A stretch of 6,659 nt of DNA. It comes from a virus (Duplodnaviria; Heunggongvirae; Uroviricota; Caudoviricetes). Below, piece after piece: positions 1 through 6,659 of this stretch. The stretch is from positions 1 through 6,659 of the IMG/VR virus record IMGVR_UViG_2547132270_000010. One strand, given 5' to 3'. The notes under the pieces were generated by a model. It did no database searches. It saw only the letters and a list, made by a program, of their open reading frames with translations, and was not told where the DNA came from. The stretch's first letter is position 1, and each line of letters begins with the position of its first letter. Both the position numbers and the translations under genes were made by a program.

Positions 1-6
1 AAAATC

Positions 7-46
7 AAAAAAAAAAAAAAAAAAACCCCGCCGGTCAAGGCGGTGG
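7..46 (-). terminator. Candidate intrinsic terminator: GC hairpin followed by an unusually long 19-nt U tract
   Basis: On the minus strand, CCGCC (32-28) pairs with GGCGG (43-39) around a 6-nt loop, and is followed by 19 consecutive T (plus-strand A run 7-25). The stem is short but all G/C. Confidence 0.6.
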
Positions 47-423
47 TCAAAAAGGCGCTAAAGCCCGGATTATTTTATTGGAATGTATTAGAGGTGTCGG
101 GTGCCTCCCGAAGTATCAGACAAGACATCAGATACTGTGGTCTCCCGCTAAACAATTATTTAAACCACCCTCGCACTGAGGAACACCTCTGTAGTGTTGC
201 TTACAACACCAGAATGGTGCATCACCGGTTCCTGCCAGGAAATACGAAATTCCCACCGATAATGCACCATTCTACTGTTGTAAAAAATGACACTGGAACC
301 ATAACCAATACCACTGATTACATAGCAGAATGCATTGCAAGTTAGTGACTCTACCAACCGAACTAAGCCGGCGTTAGTTCCCTGAGGGGACAGTATTATT
401 GGTGATAAGCTTCCCCAGAATCA
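26..423 (-). ncRNA. Candidate structured non-coding RNA of about 400 nt, identity unknown
   Basis: Bounded by the candidate promoter and the strong terminator. It has no credible ORF: the only two in the track start at weak codons, lack a ribosome-binding site and overlap each other on opposite strands. It contains a 22-bp imperfect inverted repeat (201-222 with 262-283, 20/22), a 7-bp stem hairpin at 360-380 and several smaller dyads. G+C looks intermediate, unlike the AT-rich DNA beside it. Confidence 0.3.
201..283. repeat. 22-bp imperfect inverted repeat (20/22) with a 39-bp spacer that itself contains the palindrome TTCCTG-C-CAGGAA
   Basis: TTACAACACCAGAATGGTGCAT at 201-222 is the reverse complement of ATGCACCATTCTACTGTTGTAA at 262-283 except for two adjacent positions. 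The spacer 223-261 contains TTCCTGCCAGGAA. Confidence 0.8.
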
Positions 424-429
424 TTGTTT

Positions 430-457
430 ATCATACAGTTAAATGACTTAATCGCAA
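430..457 (-). promoter_or_regulatory. Candidate sigma70 promoter driving leftward transcription
   Basis: On the minus strand, TTGCGA (457-452), a 16-nt spacer, then TATGAT (435-430). That is 4/6 and 5/6 matches to the consensus hexamers. The predicted start is near 423, pointing at the terminator at 7-46. Confidence 0.35.
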
Positions 458-778
458 TAAATTGCAATGTCATAATTTGTAAATGTATATATATTTTCTT
501 ATTTTACACCAATGTACGCATCAGCATATAAATAAATTTATTTTGTCCGTGATTATAAAGAGGATAAGCTTTTAATCATGATGCAAAAAAAACAAAAGTT
601 GCTCAGTACAGAAGGTATCAGTACAAGCATGTGTTATGACCACTTATTATTAAAAGTGATTAGATAAATTAAATTTTAATGTTATGAAAGTTTGTCGCTT
701 TGCCATAGCATTTTGTTAGAAAAATTCCGACAGGAATAACGACACTAATAGCCATTAATTATTTTAAGGTAGTAAAAT

Positions 779-865
779 ATGGAAAATAATAAATCTGCAC
801 ACTATGCACCTTTTTTATCGATAATTCTTTTTGTTTGTTGTTTTATTTGGGCATTATTTTTATAA
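779..865 (+). CDS. Hypothetical 28-aa small hydrophobic peptide (speculative)
   Basis: ATG at 779 with AAGG 9 nt upstream. It encodes MENNKSAHYAPFLSIILFVCCFIWALFL, a polar N-terminus followed by an 18-residue hydrophobic stretch, then a TAA stop. It is too short to appear in the ORF track. AT-rich DNA produces such ORFs by chance, hence the low confidence. Confidence 0.15.
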   Translation: MENNKSAHYAPFLSIILFVCCFIWALFL

Positions 866-875
866 AAATAAATTT

Positions 876-916
876 CAAAAAACAATCCACTGAAAAAACT
901 CCAGTAATGAGTGGAT
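876..916 (-). terminator. Weak candidate minus-strand terminator: 7-bp stem, 18-nt loop, then a U6 tract
   Basis: ATCCACT (885-891) and AGTGGAT (910-916) form an inverted repeat. On the minus strand the hairpin is followed by TGTTTTTTG (plus-strand A run 877-882). The loop is large, so function is uncertain. Confidence 0.2.
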
Positions 917-1340
917 GAAAAACAGGCATAGTGTTTTGTGATCGACTACTTTGTATAACCAATTTAATCGGCACATCTCTATGCCTGCGCGCCGGGTATA
1001 TCAAAATATCTCTCGTAATGTGTTAAATCACTTCGCAAATACCACCAAAATACTTTACTAAATGCCAGCATTGCGCTCATTAATGATACGTCGCTGATAC
1101 TAATATGTATCGGAAGTTAACAAAAATGCAGTTCAGCGGTAATCCTTCAACTTTTCGCGAAATCCGAAGCCTTGTCGGGCGACTGTATAGAAATACTTAT
1201 GGCGAGGAATTTGCTCAGCAACTCTCTGAGGGTACATAGAAGAAGGCGACGAGAATGTATCCTGATGAGAGAAAAACGTACGTGCAGATCTGATTTTTAC
1301 GTAAATGGATTGTTAAATATATTTTGGTTGTGATATAACC

Positions 1341-1427
1341 AAAAGAGACCGAATACAGAAATTCGAGTAAATTTCGGGGAGATGCCCGTAACACATTGAT
1401 TTTTAATATTAATAAAAAGAGACCGAA
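1341..1427. repeat. Two identical 13-bp direct repeats AAAAGAGACCGAA, 74 bp apart start to start
   Basis: Exact copies at 1341-1353 and 1415-1427. A related motif AAATTTCGGG occurs at about 1369-1378 and 1573-1582. Confidence 0.8.
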
Positions 1428-1693
1428 AACGATTCCTGTTTTCGTCAACAAACAAGAAACCCTTTTTAAATTAATGTGTTAAGCAAAATTACGCTCATCT
1501 TTTAATCCCAAACACGTACCATTGCATATTAATGCATTCAATTAGTTACCATTTTTTTCGAGTTTTTTAGAGAAAATTTCGGGACTATTTCAGACCAATC
1601 CAGGCAGAAATAAGCAATCTATGAGTTGAATAATTTCTCAACAATTATGTAAGATTATTTCCGGCTGACTTTCATTCAGTTTCGCATTATCGA

Positions 1694-1739
1694 ACGTACG
1701 TCAGCCATCTGCGGCACGTTCTTGCATACGACGTGCCGC
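1694..1739. repeat. GC-rich 9-bp-arm inverted repeat with 11-nt loop, preceded by the palindrome ACGTACGT
   Basis: GCGGCACGT (1711-1719) and ACGTGCCGC (1731-1739) are exact reverse complements. ACGTACGT sits at 1694-1701. On the plus strand the downstream sequence AGCTTCTATTATT is only moderately U-rich, so this could be a weak plus-strand terminator or a protein-binding site. Confidence 0.5.
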
Positions 1740-2000
1740 AGCTTCTATTATTCCAGCATAAAATTCCTAACCAACTTCAAATCCTCTGGATTATTCAACT
1801 CATCCTTCATTTTCCGCCTTTTGGCCTCCTGCTGCTGCGATAAGTTCCGGCGTGACGGTAAACGGGGCACCTTCGCCCCATTTACCGCTCTGCAACTCCT
1901 GCTAAACGGAGTAAACGAGCATTCTATCGCCATAGGTGCAAATCGTGAGCCGAGGTAAGTCTTGTAACTTCGCAATTTTTTTATTGGCTAACTGACGCGC

Positions 2001-2040
2001 AATTCTGGATGACTCCAGCGCGCTCAAAAAGTCCAGAATT
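2001..2040. promoter_or_regulatory. Composite dyad-symmetric site just after the stop codon of the 992-aa gene
   Basis: Outer arms AATTCTGGA (2001-2009) and TCCAGAATT (2032-2040) are exact reverse complements. The inner palindrome AGCGCGCT (2017-2024) shares the same centre of symmetry (2020.5). No U tract follows on either strand, so it is not a classic intrinsic terminator. Confidence 0.4.
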
Positions 2041-2056
2041 GAGCGTAAATTTAACT

Positions 2057-5035
2057 TCAAGCCATGCCGTTCTGGCGTAACGTAGTCCCCGCAAATACTT
2101 TCACTAACAAGACACAAGGCAATGCCCCATTATCTGCACTGGCTGTATCTTCCAGCGTGGACATATCCAGCGCATAGTATGGGATATCAGGCATAACAAT
2201 CTGAATTTTGATTGTTATGGTGCTGGCAGTTGCAGAAACAGAACTGACAAAATACTGAGCCGGGATATATTGTCGGCTCTGGTTCTGGTAGAGGTAGCGA
2301 GGTTCGACTATAGCGGAAACAGCGATACCAACCCCGCCAACCGAAGATTTTTTAATGGGGTTAGATACATCCAGAGTCATTGTGTAAACGCGGGAACCAT
2401 CCGGCAGGCTCTTAAATGAACTCAGGCTGCTGTTAAGTGTGCTTACTACTACCTTCGGAATTACAGGATGAGTGCCGTCAACAAGCAGTGTTTCTGATTG
2501 TTCTTTCAGCAAATTTGTTGCCGCCGTGGAAATGACAGGAGCATGGTTTCTGCACCACATCTGCATGGTGGCATTGTATGTAAATGTAATGGCCTTTCCT
2601 GCAAATATCGCTTCCGGTGCATCTGAAATCTGCACATCCTGCGTAAGGAAGGAGGTTCGTGTAACATCCTCTTTCGGTATGATTGACAGACGGCAACCAT
2701 CAACCAGACCAGGCATTATCCTGAACTGAAGATAAGAAAGCGCGGAATCGCTATCAATAAACAGCACCGTGTCACTGTTAATCGTATCCACCACTACCTG
2801 TGCGTTATTTGCGGGTTTGATATGCCGGATATTTCTTTCAGGAAAGGTAATATCTCCGCCCTCAATAACTGAACGGCCATTTATTCGCATAAAATCACGC
2901 GCGCTCATACGGGGAACGGTTCCCCATGACGAAACAGACATTGCCGCTGTAATATCTGAAATCGTTATAGCTGCCGTTTTTCTTATTTGCAGACGGCGAA
3001 GTGCTGTTGTTGCCGCAGTCTGGGAGGCAGTCACTTTGGCCACGAACGCAAAAAAGTCGCTCATGGCGAAAGTATCAATGCCTGCATAATCAGACGTGAA
3101 CAAATCGGGATATGCCCGCTGTATGGCATCAAGAACAGGCAGGCCATACTGTTCCTGTTCTGCAAGTGTACCCAGAACACCAAAACGCCACGGCGCAACA
3201 GAAAAACGGTCTTTTTGCACAAACCGGTCATTACTGGGTTCATCCGGGTAATCAGACTCGTCATAATAAGTCTTAAATCTGCTCTGGGCAGGAACAAACA
3301 GACCCAGCAGTCCTTGTTTGATGGTTTTCATTGTGGCTTCATATTGCGATACAGCCTCAGAATCATTAACCAGTCCGGCAAGAAAAACCAGGGCACGCAA
3401 TCCAGCCCAGACTTCAGCATTATCCTGACAAAAACATTGCGCATAGTGAGTATTACCGGGCGCAATATCCCCCTGAAAAACATTAACCAGATTTGCCTTA
3501 ACATTAATCTGGCGCAGAATATTATGTTCCGCTACCTGCCTGATTACATGCCATCTGGAATAATCACCGATTCCAGAAGATGCTGATAACCACGGCGCGT
3601 CGGCAATTTCAGCAATGCAGGCAAACCACAGGGACGGATAACTGTCTGTGGAATCCGGTGCCACAGGAGAGTATAAGTCGGCGGCAACATCAACAAAAAA
3701 CCATGACCATGATGACGGGATTTGTTTTTCAGTATTTCCGAGGCACTCAAGAACGACGGAGCCGGTATACACAAACTCACCACGGGATACATTGCTGACA
3801 TCAGGCACGTTTTTCCCTGTAACGCCTGCAACGTTTACGAAAAGGAGTTTGTCATCAATCATCAGACGCTGCCCCGCCTCATAGCGGCTTTCAGGCATAA
3901 ACGGAACAGTTATCCCGAGTCTGAATGCTTTTTCACAAATAACGAGCCTGTCCCTGAGAGAAAAGGCTTTACCCTCACTTTCATACATCGCAAGGAACAA
4001 AAAATACCAGTTAATTCCCCCTGTCGGATTAAGATAACGCCATATCCCGGAATAACGGCCTTCAGTTATTTGCATTGCCAGAAACTGCTTATTGGCTTCG
4101 GTGACAGAATAACGGGTGGAGACAGCAAGATGATCACTGATAAACCCTCTTACGCTGTCTGCTGCCATTTCCGCATCTTTGGCGCTCTGAGCTGATTCTT
4201 CTGCGTTTTGCCCTGATAATCTGACGTCTTCTGCCGTGGCGTTTCGATCTTCAGCTGTTGCTGCCGCGTTTTTTCGGGCTTCATCTGCAAAACGACTGGC
4301 TTCATCTCTGGCTTCAATTGCAGCCTGTGAATCTATGGCTGTTTGTTGCGCATTCTGTTGTGTATTCTGCGCGTACTGCTGCGCCTGCTGTTCACTTATA
4401 GCTGCATTATCTGCACAGTTTTTTGATTTCCCGGCACTGGTTTCTGCGTTTTCTGCCGCATCCTGCGCTGCTTTTACTGCTTCATGAACATCCTTAACAT
4501 CCTGTTGTATCTGTGACGCATTTTCTGACACCTCTGCTGCCAGTTGTTCGACCTGTCGTTTATTTTCTTCGATTGCAACTGAAGCCTGTCCGACTTTATC
4601 CGCCAGCTCTTGTGTGCATTTTTTAGCGTTTTCTGCACTGGCTGCATGCTTTTTGGCTTCATCTGCATTTTCTGCCGCAATTTCAGCACTTTGTTCAACC
4701 TGTGCCACCATCGCCTCGAAACGCTTAACCACGTCTGGCTTTAAATCGTCTTCGTCAAAAACTGTTAAAAAATCATTCAGTGTACCGGGGGTTGATTCTG
4801 GATAAACCGTGATATGACCAACACAGTACTCGTCGCGCCAGTCCTGTTTCAGATATACACAGTATTTCCCGGTCTGTGCTTCAAATGAATATTCACCGTC
4901 AGCGCCCGTTACCACGTCAGCAACAGTGCGCATCACCACTTCTGAGGTGTTTACCCGGGATTTCAGAATTATGTGGCATCCGGACATGGGGATGCCTGCG
5001 CCATCAATCAGCGCACCAGAAATTATAGCGGACAT
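2057..5035 (-). CDS. Side tail fibre / tailspike-like receptor-binding protein: Stf-type N-terminal domain, Ala/Glu-rich coiled-coil repeats, large unassigned C-terminal domain
   Basis: 992-aa ORF with ATG at 5033-5035, GGAG 7 nt upstream, TGA stop at 2057-2059. The N-terminus (MSAIISGALIDGAGIPMSGCHIILKSRVNTSEVV...GHITVYPESTPGTLNDFL) closely resembles the N-terminal tail-attachment domain of lambda-family Stf proteins such as Rac StfR, recalled from memory. Residues about 100-300 are low-complexity AENA/AQQ-type helical repeats. The C-terminal roughly 690 aa are not a typical Gly-rich fibre repeat. Confidence 0.85.
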   Translation of the reverse strand: MSAIISGALIDGAGIPMSGCHIILKSRVNTSEVVMRTVADVVTGADGEYSFEAQTGKYCVYLKQDWRDEYCVGHITVYPESTPGTLNDFLTVFDEDDLKPDVVKRFEAMVAQVEQSAEIAAENADEAKKHAASAENAKKCTQELADKVGQASVAIEENKRQVEQLAAEVSENASQIQQDVKDVHEAVKAAQDAAENAETSAGKSKNCADNAAISEQQAQQYAQNTQQNAQQTAIDSQAAIEARDEASRFADEARKNAAATAEDRNATAEDVRLSGQNAEESAQSAKDAEMAADSVRGFISDHLAVSTRYSVTEANKQFLAMQITEGRYSGIWRYLNPTGGINWYFLFLAMYESEGKAFSLRDRLVICEKAFRLGITVPFMPESRYEAGQRLMIDDKLLFVNVAGVTGKNVPDVSNVSRGEFVYTGSVVLECLGNTEKQIPSSWSWFFVDVAADLYSPVAPDSTDSYPSLWFACIAEIADAPWLSASSGIGDYSRWHVIRQVAEHNILRQINVKANLVNVFQGDIAPGNTHYAQCFCQDNAEVWAGLRALVFLAGLVNDSEAVSQYEATMKTIKQGLLGLFVPAQSRFKTYYDESDYPDEPSNDRFVQKDRFSVAPWRFGVLGTLAEQEQYGLPVLDAIQRAYPDLFTSDYAGIDTFAMSDFFAFVAKVTASQTAATTALRRLQIRKTAAITISDITAAMSVSSWGTVPRMSARDFMRINGRSVIEGGDITFPERNIRHIKPANNAQVVVDTINSDTVLFIDSDSALSYLQFRIMPGLVDGCRLSIIPKEDVTRTSFLTQDVQISDAPEAIFAGKAITFTYNATMQMWCRNHAPVISTAATNLLKEQSETLLVDGTHPVIPKVVVSTLNSSLSSFKSLPDGSRVYTMTLDVSNPIKKSSVGGVGIAVSAIVEPRYLYQNQSRQYIPAQYFVSSVSATASTITIKIQIVMPDIPYYALDMSTLEDTASADNGALPCVLLVKVFAGTTLRQNGMA

Positions 5036-5054
5036 ATTAACTCCAGAAAGATAA

Positions 5055-5489
5055 TTAACCAGAATGCGGAATATTATTTGAAGGTTTATCCGGCCATTCC
5101 GGTTTTTCTGTATTAACCCTGCTCACATGCACACTGTAACGCGCCCATAACTCCAGCATTTCTCGCTCAGCATCAGTAGCCATACCAAGTTTTACGGCTC
5201 GCTCCAGTGGTAATATAATAGATTCTGCTTCTGCCAGAAGTTTGGATTTCTGCCTCTCTGCTTGTTCTGTTAATTCTTCCCGAGTTGGCAGCTCTGGCTC
5301 TGTCACTACTGGCTGACCATATTCATTCGGGTTAATGGTTTTACCTTCTGATTGCTTATCCAAGAGATAACGATACCAGCGTTCTGATATTTCCAGAACA
5401 TCATCCGGCCATGTGCCATTAATATCATAATCACTTCTCAGACTGTCATCATAAAAACTATTTTCTGATGAGCTGTAATAAATCGCCAT
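5055..5489 (-). CDS. tfa: Tail fibre assembly protein (Tfa-type chaperone)
   Basis: 144-aa ORF starting at ATG 5487-5489, 1 nt after the upstream tail-fibre TAA (TAA-T-ATG coupling). The C-terminal motif [33 protein letters not shown] matches the conserved C-terminus of lambda Tfa as I recall it (...[28 protein letters not shown]). Size and position are typical. Confidence 0.85.
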   Translation of the reverse strand: MAIYYSSSENSFYDDSLRSDYDINGTWPDDVLEISERWYRYLLDKQSEGKTINPNEYGQPVVTEPELPTREELTEQAERQKSKLLAEAESIILPLERAVKLGMATDAEREMLELWARYSVHVSRVNTEKPEWPDKPSNNIPHSG

Positions 5490-5490
5490 A

Positions 5491-6659
5491 TTAGTAACCT
5501 ATAGCTGTCCAGTACATATGTCCGTTATTTTCGCTGTTAAAAGTTGCACCTGTCCTTGATAAGGATTTTACCGAGATAGAATAATCGGCGCGGGTATGTG
5601 CGTTGGTAATAGTAATACTGGTGCATGCTGACGGAAATGCTGTCGGAAAAGTAAGACCTGCCCCGGCGTTACTGAGATACCCCCACTGCGTAATAATTCC
5701 GGTTGACGCATCTTTGTGCCAGCCATTTGCTGCTTTTGATGCGGTGTTTTTAGCCTGATAACGGGCATCTGACTCCGCTTTCGTATAGGAATTTCCAGTT
5801 CTTAAATATCTGGAGTCGAAGTTACCATAATCAGAAGGGTTAACACGCCCGGTAACATTAATTGTTTTATTGCTTTGAATACCGCCACTGGTAAAACGGA
5901 GTACATGCTGCCCATTGGCATAAACATCTAGGACACCATCCCCGTTCTGCTTAAAACCTGTGTCATTGTCTCCGAGAGCAATTGAGTTACCCCCCAGCGC
6001 GTTCTGAACACCGATACCCAGCGCACCATTCACCTGAGAACCGCCGCCAACAGACACTTTATGCGACATGGATATTTCACCAGTCCGCAGATTAATAGTG
6101 AACGGGCGAAGTGGACCAATATCACCACTCTCGCCCTGATTTTCCCGAGTAGGAATGAGATGCAGGCACTCTTCCGAACGACGAAAAATAAGGCCAAAAG
6201 CCTCGTTAAAAATCCTCAGCGCATTAACGCCGCGAATTTTCAACTCTCCGGTCATCAAATCACCAGACTTTTTTACATACCTCTGATCAAAATCTGAATA
6301 AATATTGCCGGGATTTATCACGCTAAAATAGCTTTTCTCACTATCAAGAAGACAAATCAAGGGAATGCCTTTAATGATATCGTTCGCTACCAGTCTGGAT
6401 TTGTTTCCCTTATAAAGTGGGAACGTACCAAGAACCTTTCCGCCTAGTGTTAGTTGAAGTGTCGCCGCGTTGGTATTGTTCTGAACGGGGAAAACGATAA
6501 TCGGGGTTCGTAGCGTCCAATCTGTACCTCCATTAACAAAAAACGTCGAGGGAAGTTCCAGCGTCAGTGCGTTTGCAGTGCCACCAGCAACACCCGCAAT
6601 ATAATGGCCGCTCTGAAGCTGCGCTATCTGTACGAAATAGTTTTCCGAACCACGCGTGG
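5491..6659 (-). CDS. Phage tail fibre protein, C-terminal portion; 5' end lies beyond the window edge
   Basis: The minus-strand frame stays open from the window edge (6659) to a TAA stop at 5491-5493. The 289-aa ORF in the track starts at an internal TTG; the same frame reads without stops upstream (...[29 protein letters not shown]...). The Gly/Ser/Asn-rich beta-type composition and the [11 protein letters not shown] motif are typical of distal tail-fibre segments in lambda Stf, P2 H and Mu S type proteins. The stop is 1 nt from the start of a tail-fibre assembly gene. Confidence 0.8.
   Translation of the reverse strand, partial: TRGSENYFVQIAQLQSGHYIAGVAGGTANALTLELPSTFFVNGGTDWTLRTPIIVFPVQNNTNAATLQLTLGGKVLGTFPLYKGNKSRLVANDIIKGIPLICLLDSEKSYFSVINPGNIYSDFDQRYVKKSGDLMTGELKIRGVNALRIFNEAFGLIFRRSEECLHLIPTRENQGESGDIGPLRPFTINLRTGEISMSHKVSVGGGSQVNGALGIGVQNALGGNSIALGDNDTGFKQNGDGVLDVYANGQHVLRFTSGGIQSNKTINVTGRVNPSDYGNFDSRYLRTGNSYTKAESDARYQAKNTASKAANGWHKDASTGIITQWGYLSNAGAGLTFPTAFPSACTSITITNAHTRADYSISVKSLSRTGATFNSENNGHMYWTAIGY

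Noticed and set aside
43-357. Plus-strand ORF 43-345 (100 aa) and minus-strand ORF 160-357 (65 aa) from the track
   Set aside because: They overlap each other on opposite strands, have no ribosome-binding site, the minus-strand one starts at TTG, and their apparent repeats (RMVHHRF and IMHHST) simply mirror the DNA inverted repeat. The region is better explained as non-coding structured sequence.
26-423. Retron msr/msd non-coding RNA
   Set aside because: The long stem could suggest an msd hairpin, but there is no reverse transcriptase gene anywhere in the window and the flanking DNA is ORF-free, so a retron is not supported.
578-667. 29-aa ORF MMQKKQKLLSTEGISTSMCYDHLLLKVIR on the plus strand
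   Set aside because: The AGAGGA motif is 13 nt from the ATG, which is long spacing, and there is no hydrophobic or otherwise recognisable character. It is most likely a chance ORF in AT-rich DNA.
1215-2117. Track ORFs 1215-1451 (-), 1722-1958 (+), 1748-1975 (-) and 1902-2117 (-)
   Set aside because: All begin at TTG, are mutually overlapping or overlap the 3' end of the 992-aa gene, lie in compositionally odd DNA and show no recognisable motif. I treat them as chance ORFs or at most unrecognisable pseudogene debris. A 20-aa peptide with an AGGAGG motif at 1748-1810 (-) is too short to call.
2472-4805. Multiple ORFs of 63-199 aa inside the 992-aa gene on either strand (for example 2987-3586 +, 3722-4195 +, 4236-4487 +, 4474-4698 -)
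   Set aside because: They are embedded in a long, well-supported gene. The Ala- and Cys-rich translations are mirror products of the coiled-coil repeats. None has independent start signals.
5568-6297. ORFs 5568-5768 (-) and 6061-6297 (+) inside the tail-fibre gene
   Set aside because: Out-of-frame or antisense overlaps of a clear tail-fibre reading frame, with no supporting signals.
2057-6659. Invertible host-range segment (Mu G-segment or e14 P-region type) or a diversity-generating retroelement acting on the fibre genes
   Set aside because: No invertase or reverse-transcriptase gene, no inverted copy of a fibre 3' end and no template-repeat-like duplicate of a fibre C-terminus could be seen in the window. 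This cannot be excluded outside the window.
1-6659. tRNA, tmRNA, rRNA or a CRISPR array
   Set aside because: No cloverleaf-like sequences with a conserved T-loop motif, no CCA-ending acceptor candidates, no regularly spaced repeat-spacer array. The only repeats are isolated dyads and two 13-bp direct repeats.

Overview
The window reads as the tail-fibre end of an enterobacterial-type prophage, with all convincing genes on the minus strand. From high to low coordinates: the C-terminal part of a tail-fibre gene (runs off the window edge to 5491), a tightly coupled tail-fibre assembly chaperone (5055-5489), and a 992-aa side-tail-fibre/tailspike-like protein (2057-5035) with a Stf-type N-terminal domain, an Ala/Glu-rich coiled-coil repeat region and a large C-terminal domain I cannot assign. 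Downstream lies about 1.6 kb with no credible protein-coding gene, most of it (roughly 420-1700) strongly AT-rich and carrying several dyad-symmetric sites and short direct repeats. The far left (about 7-457) looks like a self-contained minus-strand transcription unit: a sigma70-like promoter, about 400 nt of non-coding sequence containing a 22-bp imperfect inverted repeat, and a GC hairpin followed by a 19-nt homopolymer U tract. I could not match it to any RNA family from memory, so it is the best candidate for something undescribed. No tRNA, rRNA, CRISPR array, transposase, integrase, invertase or reverse transcriptase is visible. All calls rest on reading the sequence and the supplied ORF track; no database search or folding was run.
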